64,000 bases of DNA from Sedimentisphaerales bacterium. Its GTDB lineage: Bacteria > Planctomycetota > Phycisphaerae > Sedimentisphaerales > SM23-30. Location of the stretch: NCBI GenBank assembly GCA_963663965.2, contig CAXXFK010000036.1, positions 45,089-109,088 on the forward strand, written 5' to 3'. The translations under genes were made by a program, and so were the position numbers. The notes under the pieces are model-generated. The model worked only from the letters and a program-made list of their open reading frames with translations. It was not told the origin of the DNA and searched no databases. Position 1 is the stretch's first letter. Each line of letters starts with the position of its first letter. Positions 40,032-50,067 of this stretch are shown here, piece by piece.

Positions 40032-43000
40032 TTGTATCACCAGAAATCATCTCAAAGCGTATTAAAAACCGTGGCAAGAATCGCGACGCAAGCTCTGGTC
40101 TGCTCGCTAATGCTTGGTGTTTTGGCTGTGAACGCTCAGGAAACCGGTGAGAACGGTTTATCGGAGGCACAGATCAAGGCTCGGCAAGATCGCGCCCAGC
40201 AATGGCTTGATATTGCTGAAGCGGAGATCAAGCAACACATGTATGAGACGGCAGCCAAGGCGTTAAAAGACGCTTCCGCCTTTCAAGACATTCTGACTGA
40301 TCGTCAGAAAAAGGAACTGGCCAAGTTGAATGAAGTCGCCGCCTCGGGTACGGAAGCCCAGGCCAATGTGGCGCTTGTGCTGGATATGGTCGAAGACCTG
40401 TTTGCAAACAAGAAGTATGGCGAAGCCAGGACCATGATCGAAAAAGCAGAGGCGAGCAAGAAATATCTGACGGATACTACCTTGAATAAACTGAAGGAAT
40501 GGGATGCCAAAATCGAGCTGGATATCAAGGACCAGAAATCGGCAATGATCAAGGTGTTTAAACAAAGCAAAGAATATTTTAAAGCGGGTCAGTTTGAAGA
40601 GGCGAAGATCGGATTTGGTGATGTGATCAACAGCGGGGTCTCGTTATCGTTTTTCGATACGGGTGATTTCAGCGATGCTGCCGGTTATCTGGCAAAGATC
40701 GAAAAGGCTGAGATGAAGGCCGTGGAAAAGGAAGCCAGGCGCGCAGAGGAAGCATTGGCCGCCGCTGAAAAAGAAGCGGCCAAAGCCGATGCCGCCGCCC
40801 AAAAGGCCGCCGCGCAATCCGCCAGGAAAACAGCTGAGCAGGAAACTGTGGATACTGCCAAGCCGGATATGGCGAGCCAGGCTGTTGTCGTACCGCAAAC
40901 TGAGGTGAAAGAGAATGTGGTTGTCGTTGTGGCGGAACCTGCCCCGGTTAAAGAAAAACCAGTCGCCAAACGTAAAAAGGGTGAACTGACTGCCGGCGAA
41001 ATAGAAAAGATCAAAAATCTTCTGGCTCAGGCTGAAAGTTCCATTGCCCGTGAGAATTATGAGCAAGCCAAGACGTACTATATGGAAGTATTGGCGGTTG
41101 ATCCGGAAAATCAGATCGCTGCTGATGGCATCAAAGCCGTTAATCATCTGATAGCGATGCCCAGGCCGGTGCGGACCAAGGATGTCCCCAGCATACTGGA
41201 ACGTTACTCCACTCAGATTGATTTGCAAATTCAAGCCGTTGAAGCGGACTGGCTGGCTGCCAAGGCGCGCATTGAGAATCTGCGTGGCTTGAAACAATAT
41301 GAAAACGCCATTTCCGAGGTGAGTCAGGCGATCAGCCGTTTTGAGGCGACGCGTCAAACCCTGGGAGATGCCAAATATGTCAGTCTGAAAAATGAGGCCA
41401 ATGGGATCCTTGCCAATCTGGAAAAAGAACAAAAACAGGCTCAAGAGTCGATTTTGACCCAGCGGATTCTGCAGGCGGAAAAAGAGGAACAACTTCGCCA
41501 GGAGAAAGCGCGTTCCGAACGTGAGAGCAAGGTGAAAGAATTGTTTGATCTGGCTGAGAAAGCGCGCCAGAACCAGGAATATGAAAATGGTATTACCACA
41601 CTGGAGCGTTTGCTGACGATTGATCCAACCAATAGAGAAGCTTTGGCGTTGAAAGGTTCGTTGGAAGATTTGAAATTTTTCCGGGATCAGGTTGAAGTTG
41701 CCCGCCGGGCCGACCGTGAAGAACAAAAAGTACTGCTTGAGTCTGATGAAGCTGCCACTCCCTATTCGGACCGTTATCGATTCCCGGAAAAAGAAGAGTG
41801 GGATCGAATCACCCGGATGCGCAAAGAACCAGAAAGCGAAAAAGACACGCGCAAGCAGGATGTGGAGGCGATCCTTAACTCCAAACTGATCAACTTGACA
41901 GTTTCGGATTACGAACTGAGTCAAGTCGTTCGCACCATCAGCAGTGAGACGGGATTGAATATTCTGGTGCTCTGGAATGATTTGAATATCGCTGGAATTA
42001 TGGAAGATGATCTGGTCAGCGTTCAATTAGTCAATGTCCCGGCCGGTAAAGCGCTGGATCGGGTATTGGAATATGTATCCGGAGGCAAGTATGGACGAGC
42101 CGGTTTTGAAGTGGATGAACAAGGTATTGTCAACGTCAAGCAGGTAGGCGATACTTACGGTTATACTCTGCGAACCTATTACGTTGCCGATCTGATTGAG
42201 TCCTCCAATTCGAACATGATGGGTGGCATGGGTGGCATGGGCGGTATGGGCGGTGGCGGTTACGGTGGCCGGGGTGGCATGGGCGGCATGGGCGGTGGCG
42301 GTTACGGTGGACGTGGTGGAAGCTATGGTAGTAGCGGCAGCAGTCGCAGCAGTAACCGAAGCAGCTTTGGCGGCGGCAATCGCAATTATGGCGGCGGCGG
42401 ATTAGGCCGCGGCTACTATGAAGTATTGCCTGGAACCGAACCCATTGAAACGGGATCTCAATCGGAAGGCCTTAATGCCGAGATCGACAATATTTCTTAT
42501 GATTCTTATTATCCGAATTCATCAAACAACAAGGCCAATCAAAATGCTCAGGCTAAAAATGCCCAGAATGGGGATTTGCGAGTCGTCGAAACCCAGTTTG
42601 GCGGTATGGGCATGATGGGTGGCGGTATGGGTATGATGGGCGGCGGTATGGGCGGCATGGGCAGAATGGGCGGTATGGGTGGCATGGGCGGTATGGGCGG
42701 TATGATGGGCGGCGGTATGGGTGGTATGGGTGGTATGGGCGGTATGGGCGGCATGATGGGGGGTATGGGTGGCGGCAACTTTTATGAACAATATCAGTTG
42801 CAGTATTTAATCATGTCGACTATTGAACCGGATACCTGGATGGGAATGGGGATGATGAATCAACAGATGGGGCAGCAGGGATTGCAACAGGGCCAGCAGG
42901 GGCAAACCGTTACCTCAACTTCAGGTATGGGGCGTGGAACAATTATGTTCTACAAAAATTCCTGGATGAATGTCTATCAAACCGAATCGGTACATAAAAA

Positions 43001-43916
43001 AATCGATGAGTTGCTGGCGAAACTGAGAACAACCATTGGTGATCAGGTTGCCATTGAAGCCAGGTTCCTGCAGATCAGCAATAACTTTATCGAAGATATC
43101 GGCATGGATGTTGATTTCCTGATTAACATGGGCAATAACGGTTTCAATAACGAGTATTGGACCGATGTCACAGGCACTTCGGCTAGTGATGAATATACCA
43201 GTCCTCCGCCTGCAACTTCGGTGCCTGGTTCGCTGGGCGGCGCCGGGGCGCCAACCGCTTTCACCTTACAGGGTTCTTTCCTGGATAATATCCAAGTGGA
43301 TTTCCTCTTACGTGCCACACAGGCCCATAACCGTAACCGGACGCTGGTTGCGCCTCATGTGACGGTGTTTAACGGTGAACCTGCCATGGTCAGTTTCCGA
43401 ACGGATACCAACTATGTGCGTGGGGCGACCCCGGTGGTGGGTTATGGCATCGGTTTATATGAGTTGGAAATCGACACAGATTCTTCGGGTATCGAACTGT
43501 ACGTCACCCCGGTTATTTCCAAGGATAAACGATATGTTCAGTTGAATGTTCAATTTACCCAGGAAATCACCCGTGCGATTCAGACCTTCAATTCCGCAAC
43601 CGGCGCGGAGGCTCCGGATTCCACTGAGCCCATTTTTGACGCGCCGACAGTGACCATTCAGGAGCCGATTAAGGATATCAATGAGATCACCACTCACGTC
43701 GCGGTACCGGATGGCGGCACGTTGTTGCTGGGTGGTCAGAAGATTGTGGGTGAGGCTGAGCGCGAAAGCGGCGTTCCAGGATTGAGCAAGATCCCAATTA
43801 TCAATCGTTTGTTTGCGAACCGATCGTCGGTTCAGGATGAAAGTGTACTGCTTATCCTGTTGAAACCGAAGATTATCCTGCAGAGCGAAGAAGAAGAAGT
43901 GCGATTTGGGTTCTGA
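40032..43916 (+). CDS. Secretin (GspD/PilQ-like) with N-terminal TPR/coiled-coil regions and Gly-Met low-complexity inserts
   Basis: QVAIEARF, APHVTVFNG, VTPVISKDKRYV, VAVPDGGTLLLGG, VPGLSKIPIINRLF and LLILLKPKII. Confidence 0.88.
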   Translation: MYHQKSSQSVLKTVARIATQALVCSLMLGVLAVNAQETGENGLSEAQIKARQDRAQQWLDIAEAEIKQHMYETAAKALKDASAFQDILTDRQKKELAKLNEVAASGTEAQANVALVLDMVEDLFANKKYGEARTMIEKAEASKKYLTDTTLNKLKEWDAKIELDIKDQKSAMIKVFKQSKEYFKAGQFEEAKIGFGDVINSGVSLSFFDTGDFSDAAGYLAKIEKAEMKAVEKEARRAEEALAAAEKEAAKADAAAQKAAAQSARKTAEQETVDTAKPDMASQAVVVPQTEVKENVVVVVAEPAPVKEKPVAKRKKGELTAGEIEKIKNLLAQAESSIARENYEQAKTYYMEVLAVDPENQIAADGIKAVNHLIAMPRPVRTKDVPSILERYSTQIDLQIQAVEADWLAAKARIENLRGLKQYENAISEVSQAISRFEATRQTLGDAKYVSLKNEANGILANLEKEQKQAQESILTQRILQAEKEEQLRQEKARSERESKVKELFDLAEKARQNQEYENGITTLERLLTIDPTNREALALKGSLEDLKFFRDQVEVARRADREEQKVLLESDEAATPYSDRYRFPEKEEWDRITRMRKEPESEKDTRKQDVEAILNSKLINLTVSDYELSQVVRTISSETGLNILVLWNDLNIAGIMEDDLVSVQLVNVPAGKALDRVLEYVSGGKYGRAGFEVDEQGIVNVKQVGDTYGYTLRTYYVADLIESSNSNMMGGMGGMGGMGGGGYGGRGGMGGMGGGGYGGRGGSYGSSGSSRSSNRSSFGGGNRNYGGGGLGRGYYEVLPGTEPIETGSQSEGLNAEIDNISYDSYYPNSSNNKANQNAQAKNAQNGDLRVVETQFGGMGMMGGGMGMMGGGMGGMGRMGGMGGMGGMGGMMGGGMGGMGGMGGMGGMMGGMGGGNFYEQYQLQYLIMSTIEPDTWMGMGMMNQQMGQQGLQQGQQGQTVTSTSGMGRGTIMFYKNSWMNVYQTESVHKKIDELLAKLRTTIGDQVAIEARFLQISNNFIEDIGMDVDFLINMGNNGFNNEYWTDVTGTSASDEYTSPPPATSVPGSLGGAGAPTAFTLQGSFLDNIQVDFLLRATQAHNRNRTLVAPHVTVFNGEPAMVSFRTDTNYVRGATPVVGYGIGLYELEIDTDSSGIELYVTPVISKDKRYVQLNVQFTQEITRAIQTFNSATGAEAPDSTEPIFDAPTVTIQEPIKDINEITTHVAVPDGGTLLLGGQKIVGEAERESGVPGLSKIPIINRLFANRSSVQDESVLLILLKPKIILQSEEEEVRFGF
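42218..42777 (+). repeat. Two tracts of 9-bp GG(C/T)GG(C/T)ATG-type coding repeats (GGM)n
   Basis: Directly visible at about 42218-42320 and 42598-42777. Confidence 0.9.
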
Positions 43917-43955
43917 TGGTATCCGAAAAGTAGTTTTCGATATTAAATAATCATC

Positions 43956-43990
43956 AAGGCGGACAGTCGATGGACGGTTCGCCTTTTTTC
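43956..43990 (+). terminator. Intrinsic terminator after the secretin gene
   Basis: AAGGCGGAC...GTTCGCCTT stem followed by a T-run. Confidence 0.65.
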
Positions 43991-44159
43991 TTTAAACCGA
44001 GTCGCCCTTTTCATATTACAGGTTGCTTAATGATATGGAAATATGTTTTTTTATCGGCCTGAATGAGTTTTCAAAGGCGCTTTAAGGTAAAGAATAAATT
44101 TAACATTATCCTCATAGGTAATTTGATTTCAGTCGATAATTCAAAAAGCGAGTTGTGGT

Positions 44160-45188
44160 TTGAAAAAAAAGAAACAAGTCAGTTTAAAGCAAATTGCCGA
44201 GGCGACCCAATTATCCATTACTACGGTATCGCGAGTATTACGAAATCAAGGGGAGATCACCCAGGAAACCCGGGATCGGGTATTGAAAGTAGCCCGGGAG
44301 TTGAACTATCGGCCGAATTTGTTAATCCAGGGGATTCAGACGGGTAGAACCCGTAATGTCGGCGTGATGGTACCGCCTTATGACGCGTATTGGGCCGAGG
44401 TATTGAAGGGGATTCACGATACCCTGGTCAAATATGATTATGCCCCTATTATGGTTTGGGATGAAGTGGACCCCGCGCCGGAAAACAAAGAATTATTTGT
44501 GTTACAACAGATGCACCGATTGATAGATAGGCGCGTCGATGGTGTGATTTTGTGGCCGAAAGTCAGCGAAGTGTATGGTTCACATCTGGATGAGTTGGAG
44601 TCGAGGAATCTGCCGGTCGTGACGATCGATCATGAACTGGATTTCGCCGATTCCGTCGTTACTGATGAAAGACAGGGCGCCGAACTGGTCGCCAAATATT
44701 TGTACGGACTGGGGCACCGTCGTATCGGGCATCTGGCCGGGCATCAGCAATGGACCTGGGCGAAACTGCGTCGTCGTTATTTTGAAGAGGCTCTGGCGGA
44801 GTTTCACGATGTGAAATATTTCATGCAAGCCGGATCGGATGATGCCGATAAAATCCCCCAGGCGGCTTTGGAATTGTTGGAAAAGAAACCCACCGCGATT
44901 TTCGCCTGTAGCGACTGGGTCGCTTTTGAAATCTATAATGTCGCATATGAACAGGGGATCCGGATTCCCGATGAGGTATCGGTGGTGGGTTATAGTGATT
45001 CGCATAAATTAACACGGGTGATCAATCCTCCCTTGACCACGGTGCGACAAAGGCCTCGAAAAATAGGGATTCAGGCGGCGACACTTTTAATGGATCGACT
45101 GAATAACAGCAGTGAGGTATCCAGCAAGCGGATACGCAATGTGATGGAATGCGAATTGACGATACGCAATTCATGCCGGCAAAAATAG
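44160..45188 (+). CDS. LacI-family transcriptional regulator
   Basis: SLKQIAEATQLSITTVSRVL HTH, LNYRPN, IPDEVSVVG and PPLTTVRQ. Confidence 0.93.
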   Translation: MKKKKQVSLKQIAEATQLSITTVSRVLRNQGEITQETRDRVLKVARELNYRPNLLIQGIQTGRTRNVGVMVPPYDAYWAEVLKGIHDTLVKYDYAPIMVWDEVDPAPENKELFVLQQMHRLIDRRVDGVILWPKVSEVYGSHLDELESRNLPVVTIDHELDFADSVVTDERQGAELVAKYLYGLGHRRIGHLAGHQQWTWAKLRRRYFEEALAEFHDVKYFMQAGSDDADKIPQAALELLEKKPTAIFACSDWVAFEIYNVAYEQGIRIPDEVSVVGYSDSHKLTRVINPPLTTVRQRPRKIGIQAATLLMDRLNNSSEVSSKRIRNVMECELTIRNSCRQK

Positions 45189-45214
45189 GAACGGTTAGAA
45201 AGTTCTCATATTAT

Positions 45215-47566
45215 TTAAGGACAGGCATAATGCCAGCTTTGAGATAATCTGGAATAATCCTTCAGATTGACGTGATGGTCATTATTGTAATCCGCGGTCG
45301 AACCGGTACCCTCGGTAAGCCATTGGTTTGTAAGTTCGATGAGATCGGACAAGTCTCCGATACAAACTGGATATATCTTCAGGGCGATATCGCGTTCAAA
45401 CGCAGGAGCAATACAATTGAGGAGACCGTTGGTCGATTGGGTCGTCTGGCTGGCAATGATTCCACCGGTATTGCGTGTGTCGTAAAAATCGGCCTGATAG
45501 CGACCATCGTTGAGCCCCCGAATGGTAATCAATTCATCCGTAAAGACGCCACAGGGGATTTTTCCATACTGGCTCATGGTATCGTAAATCCAGATCAAAG
45601 CCCGATCGTCTTTGATCAGGCCGATGGAATCAAGCGGATTGTTTCCGGATTTAAATTCGTAGGCATTGATTTTAAACCAATCCCGTCCGTTATTGACTAT
45701 CTGGACATTAAGGGGGCCAGCCGGTAAGGGGACTGAGATGGTAAAATTGTTATGTCCGGCCGGATAAGTGGCATTGAACGTTTCCTGTGCATTAACCAGA
45801 ACTCGAATTTTACCTTCGCTGTAACTCGATACTTCCTGAACGTGTATCAGAAGCTGGCCGGATTGTGGCAGGGTGAGGATGAATGTTGGATCAGAGCGAT
45901 AAGCGTTATGCCAGGAGCCTTGTAAGTATTGAGGCAGCTTATCCATATCAGGAAAAGAACCATTTTGCAGGGTGAATAGGGTTTGAACCGGGATGTAGGA
46001 AAAATCCCAGACCTGGGGGATAGCGGAAATTGGGGCCAGCCCGCTGACAACACGTTCAGCCGGATGCATATTGCTGAGATCTTCGTTTTGAACATATTGA
46101 TGAAGCGGAGCAAAGGCGTGATAAAGCTGGTAAGGTTCGATGTAACTGTCCCACCACCAGAGATGGGCGCTGCTATTGGCATGAAAACTACTCCAGATTC
46201 CGTTATGAATTACTAATCCATCCAGCAACTGGCTCTGATAGGGTTCGGGTAAATCCGGCAAATTAGTTTCCGAGTTTAGTCCATTGACCGACCCGGCGCC
46301 GTATTCTCCGATAATAACCGGTTTCTGATACAGCGCAGCCATGTCATGAGCCGCGCTGCGAAACGGGCCAATGACCGGGGTGCCATAATGATGAATCTGT
46401 ACCAGGTCGATGTTGGGGAGATTCCAGATATTTTCAAAACCACTGGCATGGGAACTCGTGGTGATTAAGTGGCGGTGGGGATCTATGGCGCGAATATAAT
46501 CAGACATTTCCCGGTGCCAGTTGATTACTGAGGATGGATTCAAACGCCAGCCGTCAGTAAACTGGACTTCATTGAATAACTCCCAGGCCAGAATAGCTGG
46601 AGAATAGCCCCAGCGAGCAACAATATAACGGCATTTGTTGCGCGTGAGGTTCCGGGCTTGGGTATCCGTAAAGAAATCTTCAGCGTTTGGTAAAAAACCA
46701 CCGTCATCCGGTCGATTGGCATTGTAGGGGTTATCCGCCCAGTTGGCATTGGTCGTGGTGCTGAAAGCGCCGTGGTATAACAGGACCAGTTGGAGGCCGA
46801 TCCCATAATTTTCTGCCAGTTCGATCAGGCTGTCAATCCGCTGAGCCGTTTGCATGCTATACTGTCCTGCACCGGAAAAATTGCCGCTCCAGTGATCTTT
46901 GGTCCATTCGAGAATCACCCAGCCATCGTTCCCCCAGGGACACATCCAGACACGCGTCCAGTTTTCTCCTGCCAGGGACATTTGGGAGAAGTAACTCTGA
47001 CAATCAGCCAGTTCTTTGGGGAGCCAGCAGACATTATGGCCGATATTGATGCGCGGTGAGCCGTTGCTGTAACGCAGGCAGGTTGAATCGGTGGCATCGA
47101 TTTGTATAAATCCCGGTCGATTGCCCTGAATACATTCAAAAGAATTCACGTTGGTAAAATGGGTTGTCCCTTGTGCATCGGTGATAAATATGTCCAAAGT
47201 ATGAATACCAATCCGTGAAGGAGCGTAGCGGATTTTCCAGCCTTCGATGCCTGGATTACGATAGCGTTCGGGGGCAAAACCGCTGACTTCGTATTCCCGA
47301 TAATAAAATGCCGGGACATGTATTTGAGAAGAATCCGGAAGAGATATCACGGCTTGGATATCGATAATTTCGGGATCGAAAGGATTTGAATAAGTAGTGT
47401 CTAAGGAAAAAGTCAGTTCGTACTTGCGATATTGTTCAATTTGAACAGCGTTGGATGATTTTTTTAAAATTTGTATCCCAAAAACATTAGAAAATGGAAA
47501 GAGAGAATATAGTAAAATACTACCAATAAGCCCTGGTTTCAAAAACCTATTCAGATATTGGTTCAT
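45215..47566 (-). CDS. Secreted DUF5060 + GH-A clan (GH5-like) glycoside hydrolase with dockerin-like C-terminus; candidate mannanase
   Basis: YSNPFDP, ARWGYSPAILAWELFNEV (acid/base E), VIIGEYG (nucleophile E) and ADYNNDHHVNLKDY. It sits in the mannan locus. Confidence 0.7.
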   Translation of the reverse strand: MNQYLNRFLKPGLIGSILLYSLFPFSNVFGIQILKKSSNAVQIEQYRKYELTFSLDTTYSNPFDPEIIDIQAVISLPDSSQIHVPAFYYREYEVSGFAPERYRNPGIEGWKIRYAPSRIGIHTLDIFITDAQGTTHFTNVNSFECIQGNRPGFIQIDATDSTCLRYSNGSPRINIGHNVCWLPKELADCQSYFSQMSLAGENWTRVWMCPWGNDGWVILEWTKDHWSGNFSGAGQYSMQTAQRIDSLIELAENYGIGLQLVLLYHGAFSTTTNANWADNPYNANRPDDGGFLPNAEDFFTDTQARNLTRNKCRYIVARWGYSPAILAWELFNEVQFTDGWRLNPSSVINWHREMSDYIRAIDPHRHLITTSSHASGFENIWNLPNIDLVQIHHYGTPVIGPFRSAAHDMAALYQKPVIIGEYGAGSVNGLNSETNLPDLPEPYQSQLLDGLVIHNGIWSSFHANSSAHLWWWDSYIEPYQLYHAFAPLHQYVQNEDLSNMHPAERVVSGLAPISAIPQVWDFSYIPVQTLFTLQNGSFPDMDKLPQYLQGSWHNAYRSDPTFILTLPQSGQLLIHVQEVSSYSEGKIRVLVNAQETFNATYPAGHNNFTISVPLPAGPLNVQIVNNGRDWFKINAYEFKSGNNPLDSIGLIKDDRALIWIYDTMSQYGKIPCGVFTDELITIRGLNDGRYQADFYDTRNTGGIIASQTTQSTNGLLNCIAPAFERDIALKIYPVCIGDLSDLIELTNQWLTEGTGSTADYNNDHHVNLKDYSRLSQSWHYACP

Positions 47567-47635
47567 AACATTTCTCCTTACTCAACCGAAGTCGCATAAT
47601 TAACCTGGAATCAGGATAAAAGGTTCGTTATTATC

Positions 47636-48826
47636 TCAATCGGTATTTATTGGATTGTATTTAAGGTTTTTTTGAATCATCTCGATACGTTGCCGGACAC
47701 ACGAGGTGGATCGAGTTCCATCCGGTGGGGTATGACAGACATAATCCAGCAGAACTGCCAGGGGACTGGATGCGACATGAAGGCGGGTATCGGATGAACC
47801 ATAGTAGAGATAGACCATATCATTCTCATCCAGAATCCAGCCGTTGCTGAACAGGACATTGGAGACATCTCCGACGCGTTCGGAGCCCTCCGGAGCCATG
47901 AAGTAACCGCCGGGGCAATGAGTGACTTTCCAGGGTTCGGAAAGGCCGGTCAGGAATAGATAAAGTACGTAGCGTAAGCCGGCGGCAGAGTTACGCACGC
48001 CGTGCGCCAGATGCAGCCAGCCGATTGGGGTTTTAATGGGGGCCGGGCCCTGGCCGTTTTTGGATTCTTTGATGGTATGATATATTTTGGGATCAATGAT
48101 CGTTTCTTTCACAATGGGATCGCCCATTCGGGGAGTGAGCCCCCAACCGATACCGCCGCCAGATCCAGTATCAATAAAACTATCCTGCGGTCGCGTGTAA
48201 AAAGCATATTGATGATCGACGAATTCCGGATGAAGCACGGCGTTGCGCTGTTGCGATGCCGGGGTGACCAGATTGGGTAGTCGTTCCCAGTCGATCAGAT
48301 TTTTAGACCGGATAATTCCGGCCTGGGCAACCGCCGCCGATGTATCACCTGCATGGGCAGCGGGATCCTTGTATTCCACGCAAAAGACCCCGTAGATCCA
48401 GCCATCTTCGTGGTAGGTGAGACGCATATCGTAGTGGTTAGTTTCGCTGGCGTCCAGTTCAGGAATGAGGATAGGATAATCATGGAATGTAAAACCATCG
48501 ATGGGAGAGTGGCTTTCAGCGATGGCAAAGAAAGATTTACGATCCCATCCCTCGATACGCGGCATCAGTATATAGCGATCGTCGATTTTGATGGCTCCGG
48601 AATTGAAAACGGCATTGATGCCCATGCGTTGGAGCAAATAAGGATTGGTTTGATAGTCAAAATCAAAGCGCCAGGCTGGGGGGATATGTCCGGCATCCAG
48701 AACCGGGAATTCATAGCGTTGATAAAGCCCATGGTCATGAGGACAGGGATGATTGATGCGCGCCATAAACGTGTGGTAATCGGATTGGATTTTTACAACT
48801 TTTTGTTTGAATTCAATTTTGTTCAT
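47636..48826 (-). CDS. GH130 4-O-beta-D-mannosyl-D-glucose phosphorylase
   Basis: NAVFNSGA, RIEGWDRKSFFA, YDMRLT, QQRNAVLHPE, YTRPQD, KNGQGPAP and RVGDVSNV. Confidence 0.9.
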   Translation of the reverse strand: MNKIEFKQKVVKIQSDYHTFMARINHPCPHDHGLYQRYEFPVLDAGHIPPAWRFDFDYQTNPYLLQRMGINAVFNSGAIKIDDRYILMPRIEGWDRKSFFAIAESHSPIDGFTFHDYPILIPELDASETNHYDMRLTYHEDGWIYGVFCVEYKDPAAHAGDTSAAVAQAGIIRSKNLIDWERLPNLVTPASQQRNAVLHPEFVDHQYAFYTRPQDSFIDTGSGGGIGWGLTPRMGDPIVKETIIDPKIYHTIKESKNGQGPAPIKTPIGWLHLAHGVRNSAAGLRYVLYLFLTGLSEPWKVTHCPGGYFMAPEGSERVGDVSNVLFSNGWILDENDMVYLYYGSSDTRLHVASSPLAVLLDYVCHTPPDGTRSTSCVRQRIEMIQKNLKYNPINTD

Positions 48827-50063
48827 AGGATATCGGATTATCTTGTCTGAACGCGTGATTCAACGCCTTGTCCAGTCTGTTAATTGTTTCGATGCAAGCG
48901 CGACCGTTGTGATAGGGGCATTTCCATTGCGATATTTTGGGCAGCGTTAAATCGGGCTGACCATCGGCATCGGTTTTCCAGAACCATTCACCGAATTTCC
49001 GGTCGACCTGGTAATTCTGAATGTATTGCCAGACCTGCCAGGCGGCATCCAGAAAAGAATTGTCCTGACTGATTTGCCAGGCATTCAGGAAACCAACGAC
49101 AGCTTCCGCCTGGGCCCAGAAATGCTTTTCGCAGATTAGTTTACCATTGCTGTCTGTTTCATTGATCAGTCCGCCGAGGCGGTCCAATGCCTGTTCCTTG
49201 ACTGCGCGAGCCATATCGATGGCAATTGAGGCCATGGTTTCAATCAGGCTCTGGTCATTTAACTGGCAGGCCGCATGGTAAAGCAGCCAACTGCCTTCTA
49301 TGTCATGGCCGAATGAAATTTCAGAGGCACAGGAAGTCCAGTCATTCGAAAAAAAGAGGCGAAAATGATAGGTGTCAGGATCAATAATATGAGATAAAAA
49401 AAGTTCAATGAGTGTTCTTAACCGGTCAGCCAGATGACTGTTTTTCCAAACCGCATAGAGATGCGCATAGGCTTCCAGAATATGCAAATGATTATTCATG
49501 GACTTGGGGGTGTCCATGTCTTTATCACTGAGTTGCTGGTTCTGGGAAAGTTTCCAGTCTCGCTCTAAAACTTCATGATAACCATCGAAGTATGGGTCGC
49601 GCGCATATTGCTCTATCAGGGTAAAGAGGTTACGGGCTTTTTGAAGCGCGAGTTGATCACCAGTGAGAAGATAATATTCGGTGAGCGCGTAGATATAAAA
49701 AGCCTGGCCGTAGGTTTTTTTGTGCGAATCGACAGGATGGTTATCTGGATCAACCAGCCAGTATCCGCCCTGATGTTCCGGATCATCAAAACAAGAGGTT
49801 AAGGTATGATAGGCTCGGTGTGCCAGTTCCCGACAGGATTGGCGGTTGGTAAAACGGGCAAAAGCAGAAAAGGCCTGGAGCAGACGGGTGTTGAGGATCA
49901 AGCCGTGATGGGCCTGGGGTGTTTCCTCCAAATCATTGCTCAATTGGGCCTTGAAACCGTTATGATAAGGATCGGGACTGTATTTAAGCCAGAACGCAAT
50001 GATATTGTCGTTGAGTTCGGCCAGAACCTGTGAGCGAAATCGATGGATAAAATTTTCATTCAT
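48813..50063 (-). CDS. Cellobiose/mannobiose 2-epimerase (AGE family)
   Basis: KSMNNHLHILEAY, SFGHDIEGSWL, WAQAEAVVG and WKCPYHNGR. Likely ATG at 50063. Confidence 0.9.
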   Translation of the reverse strand: MNENFIHRFRSQVLAELNDNIIAFWLKYSPDPYHNGFKAQLSNDLEETPQAHHGLILNTRLLQAFSAFARFTNRQSCRELAHRAYHTLTSCFDDPEHQGGYWLVDPDNHPVDSHKKTYGQAFYIYALTEYYLLTGDQLALQKARNLFTLIEQYARDPYFDGYHEVLERDWKLSQNQQLSDKDMDTPKSMNNHLHILEAYAHLYAVWKNSHLADRLRTLIELFLSHIIDPDTYHFRLFFSNDWTSCASEISFGHDIEGSWLLYHAACQLNDQSLIETMASIAIDMARAVKEQALDRLGGLINETDSNGKLICEKHFWAQAEAVVGFLNAWQISQDNSFLDAAWQVWQYIQNYQVDRKFGEWFWKTDADGQPDLTLPKISQWKCPYHNGRACIETINRLDKALNHAFRQDNPISYEQN

Positions 50064-50067
50064 CAGT

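Noticed and set aside
40644..42026. 460-aa minus-strand ORF and nearby poly-Pro/His ORFs
   Set aside because: Antisense shadows of the secretin gene and its GGM repeats.
42218..42777. Possible CRISPR-like array
   Set aside because: These are 9-bp in-frame coding repeats with no unique spacers and no cas genes.
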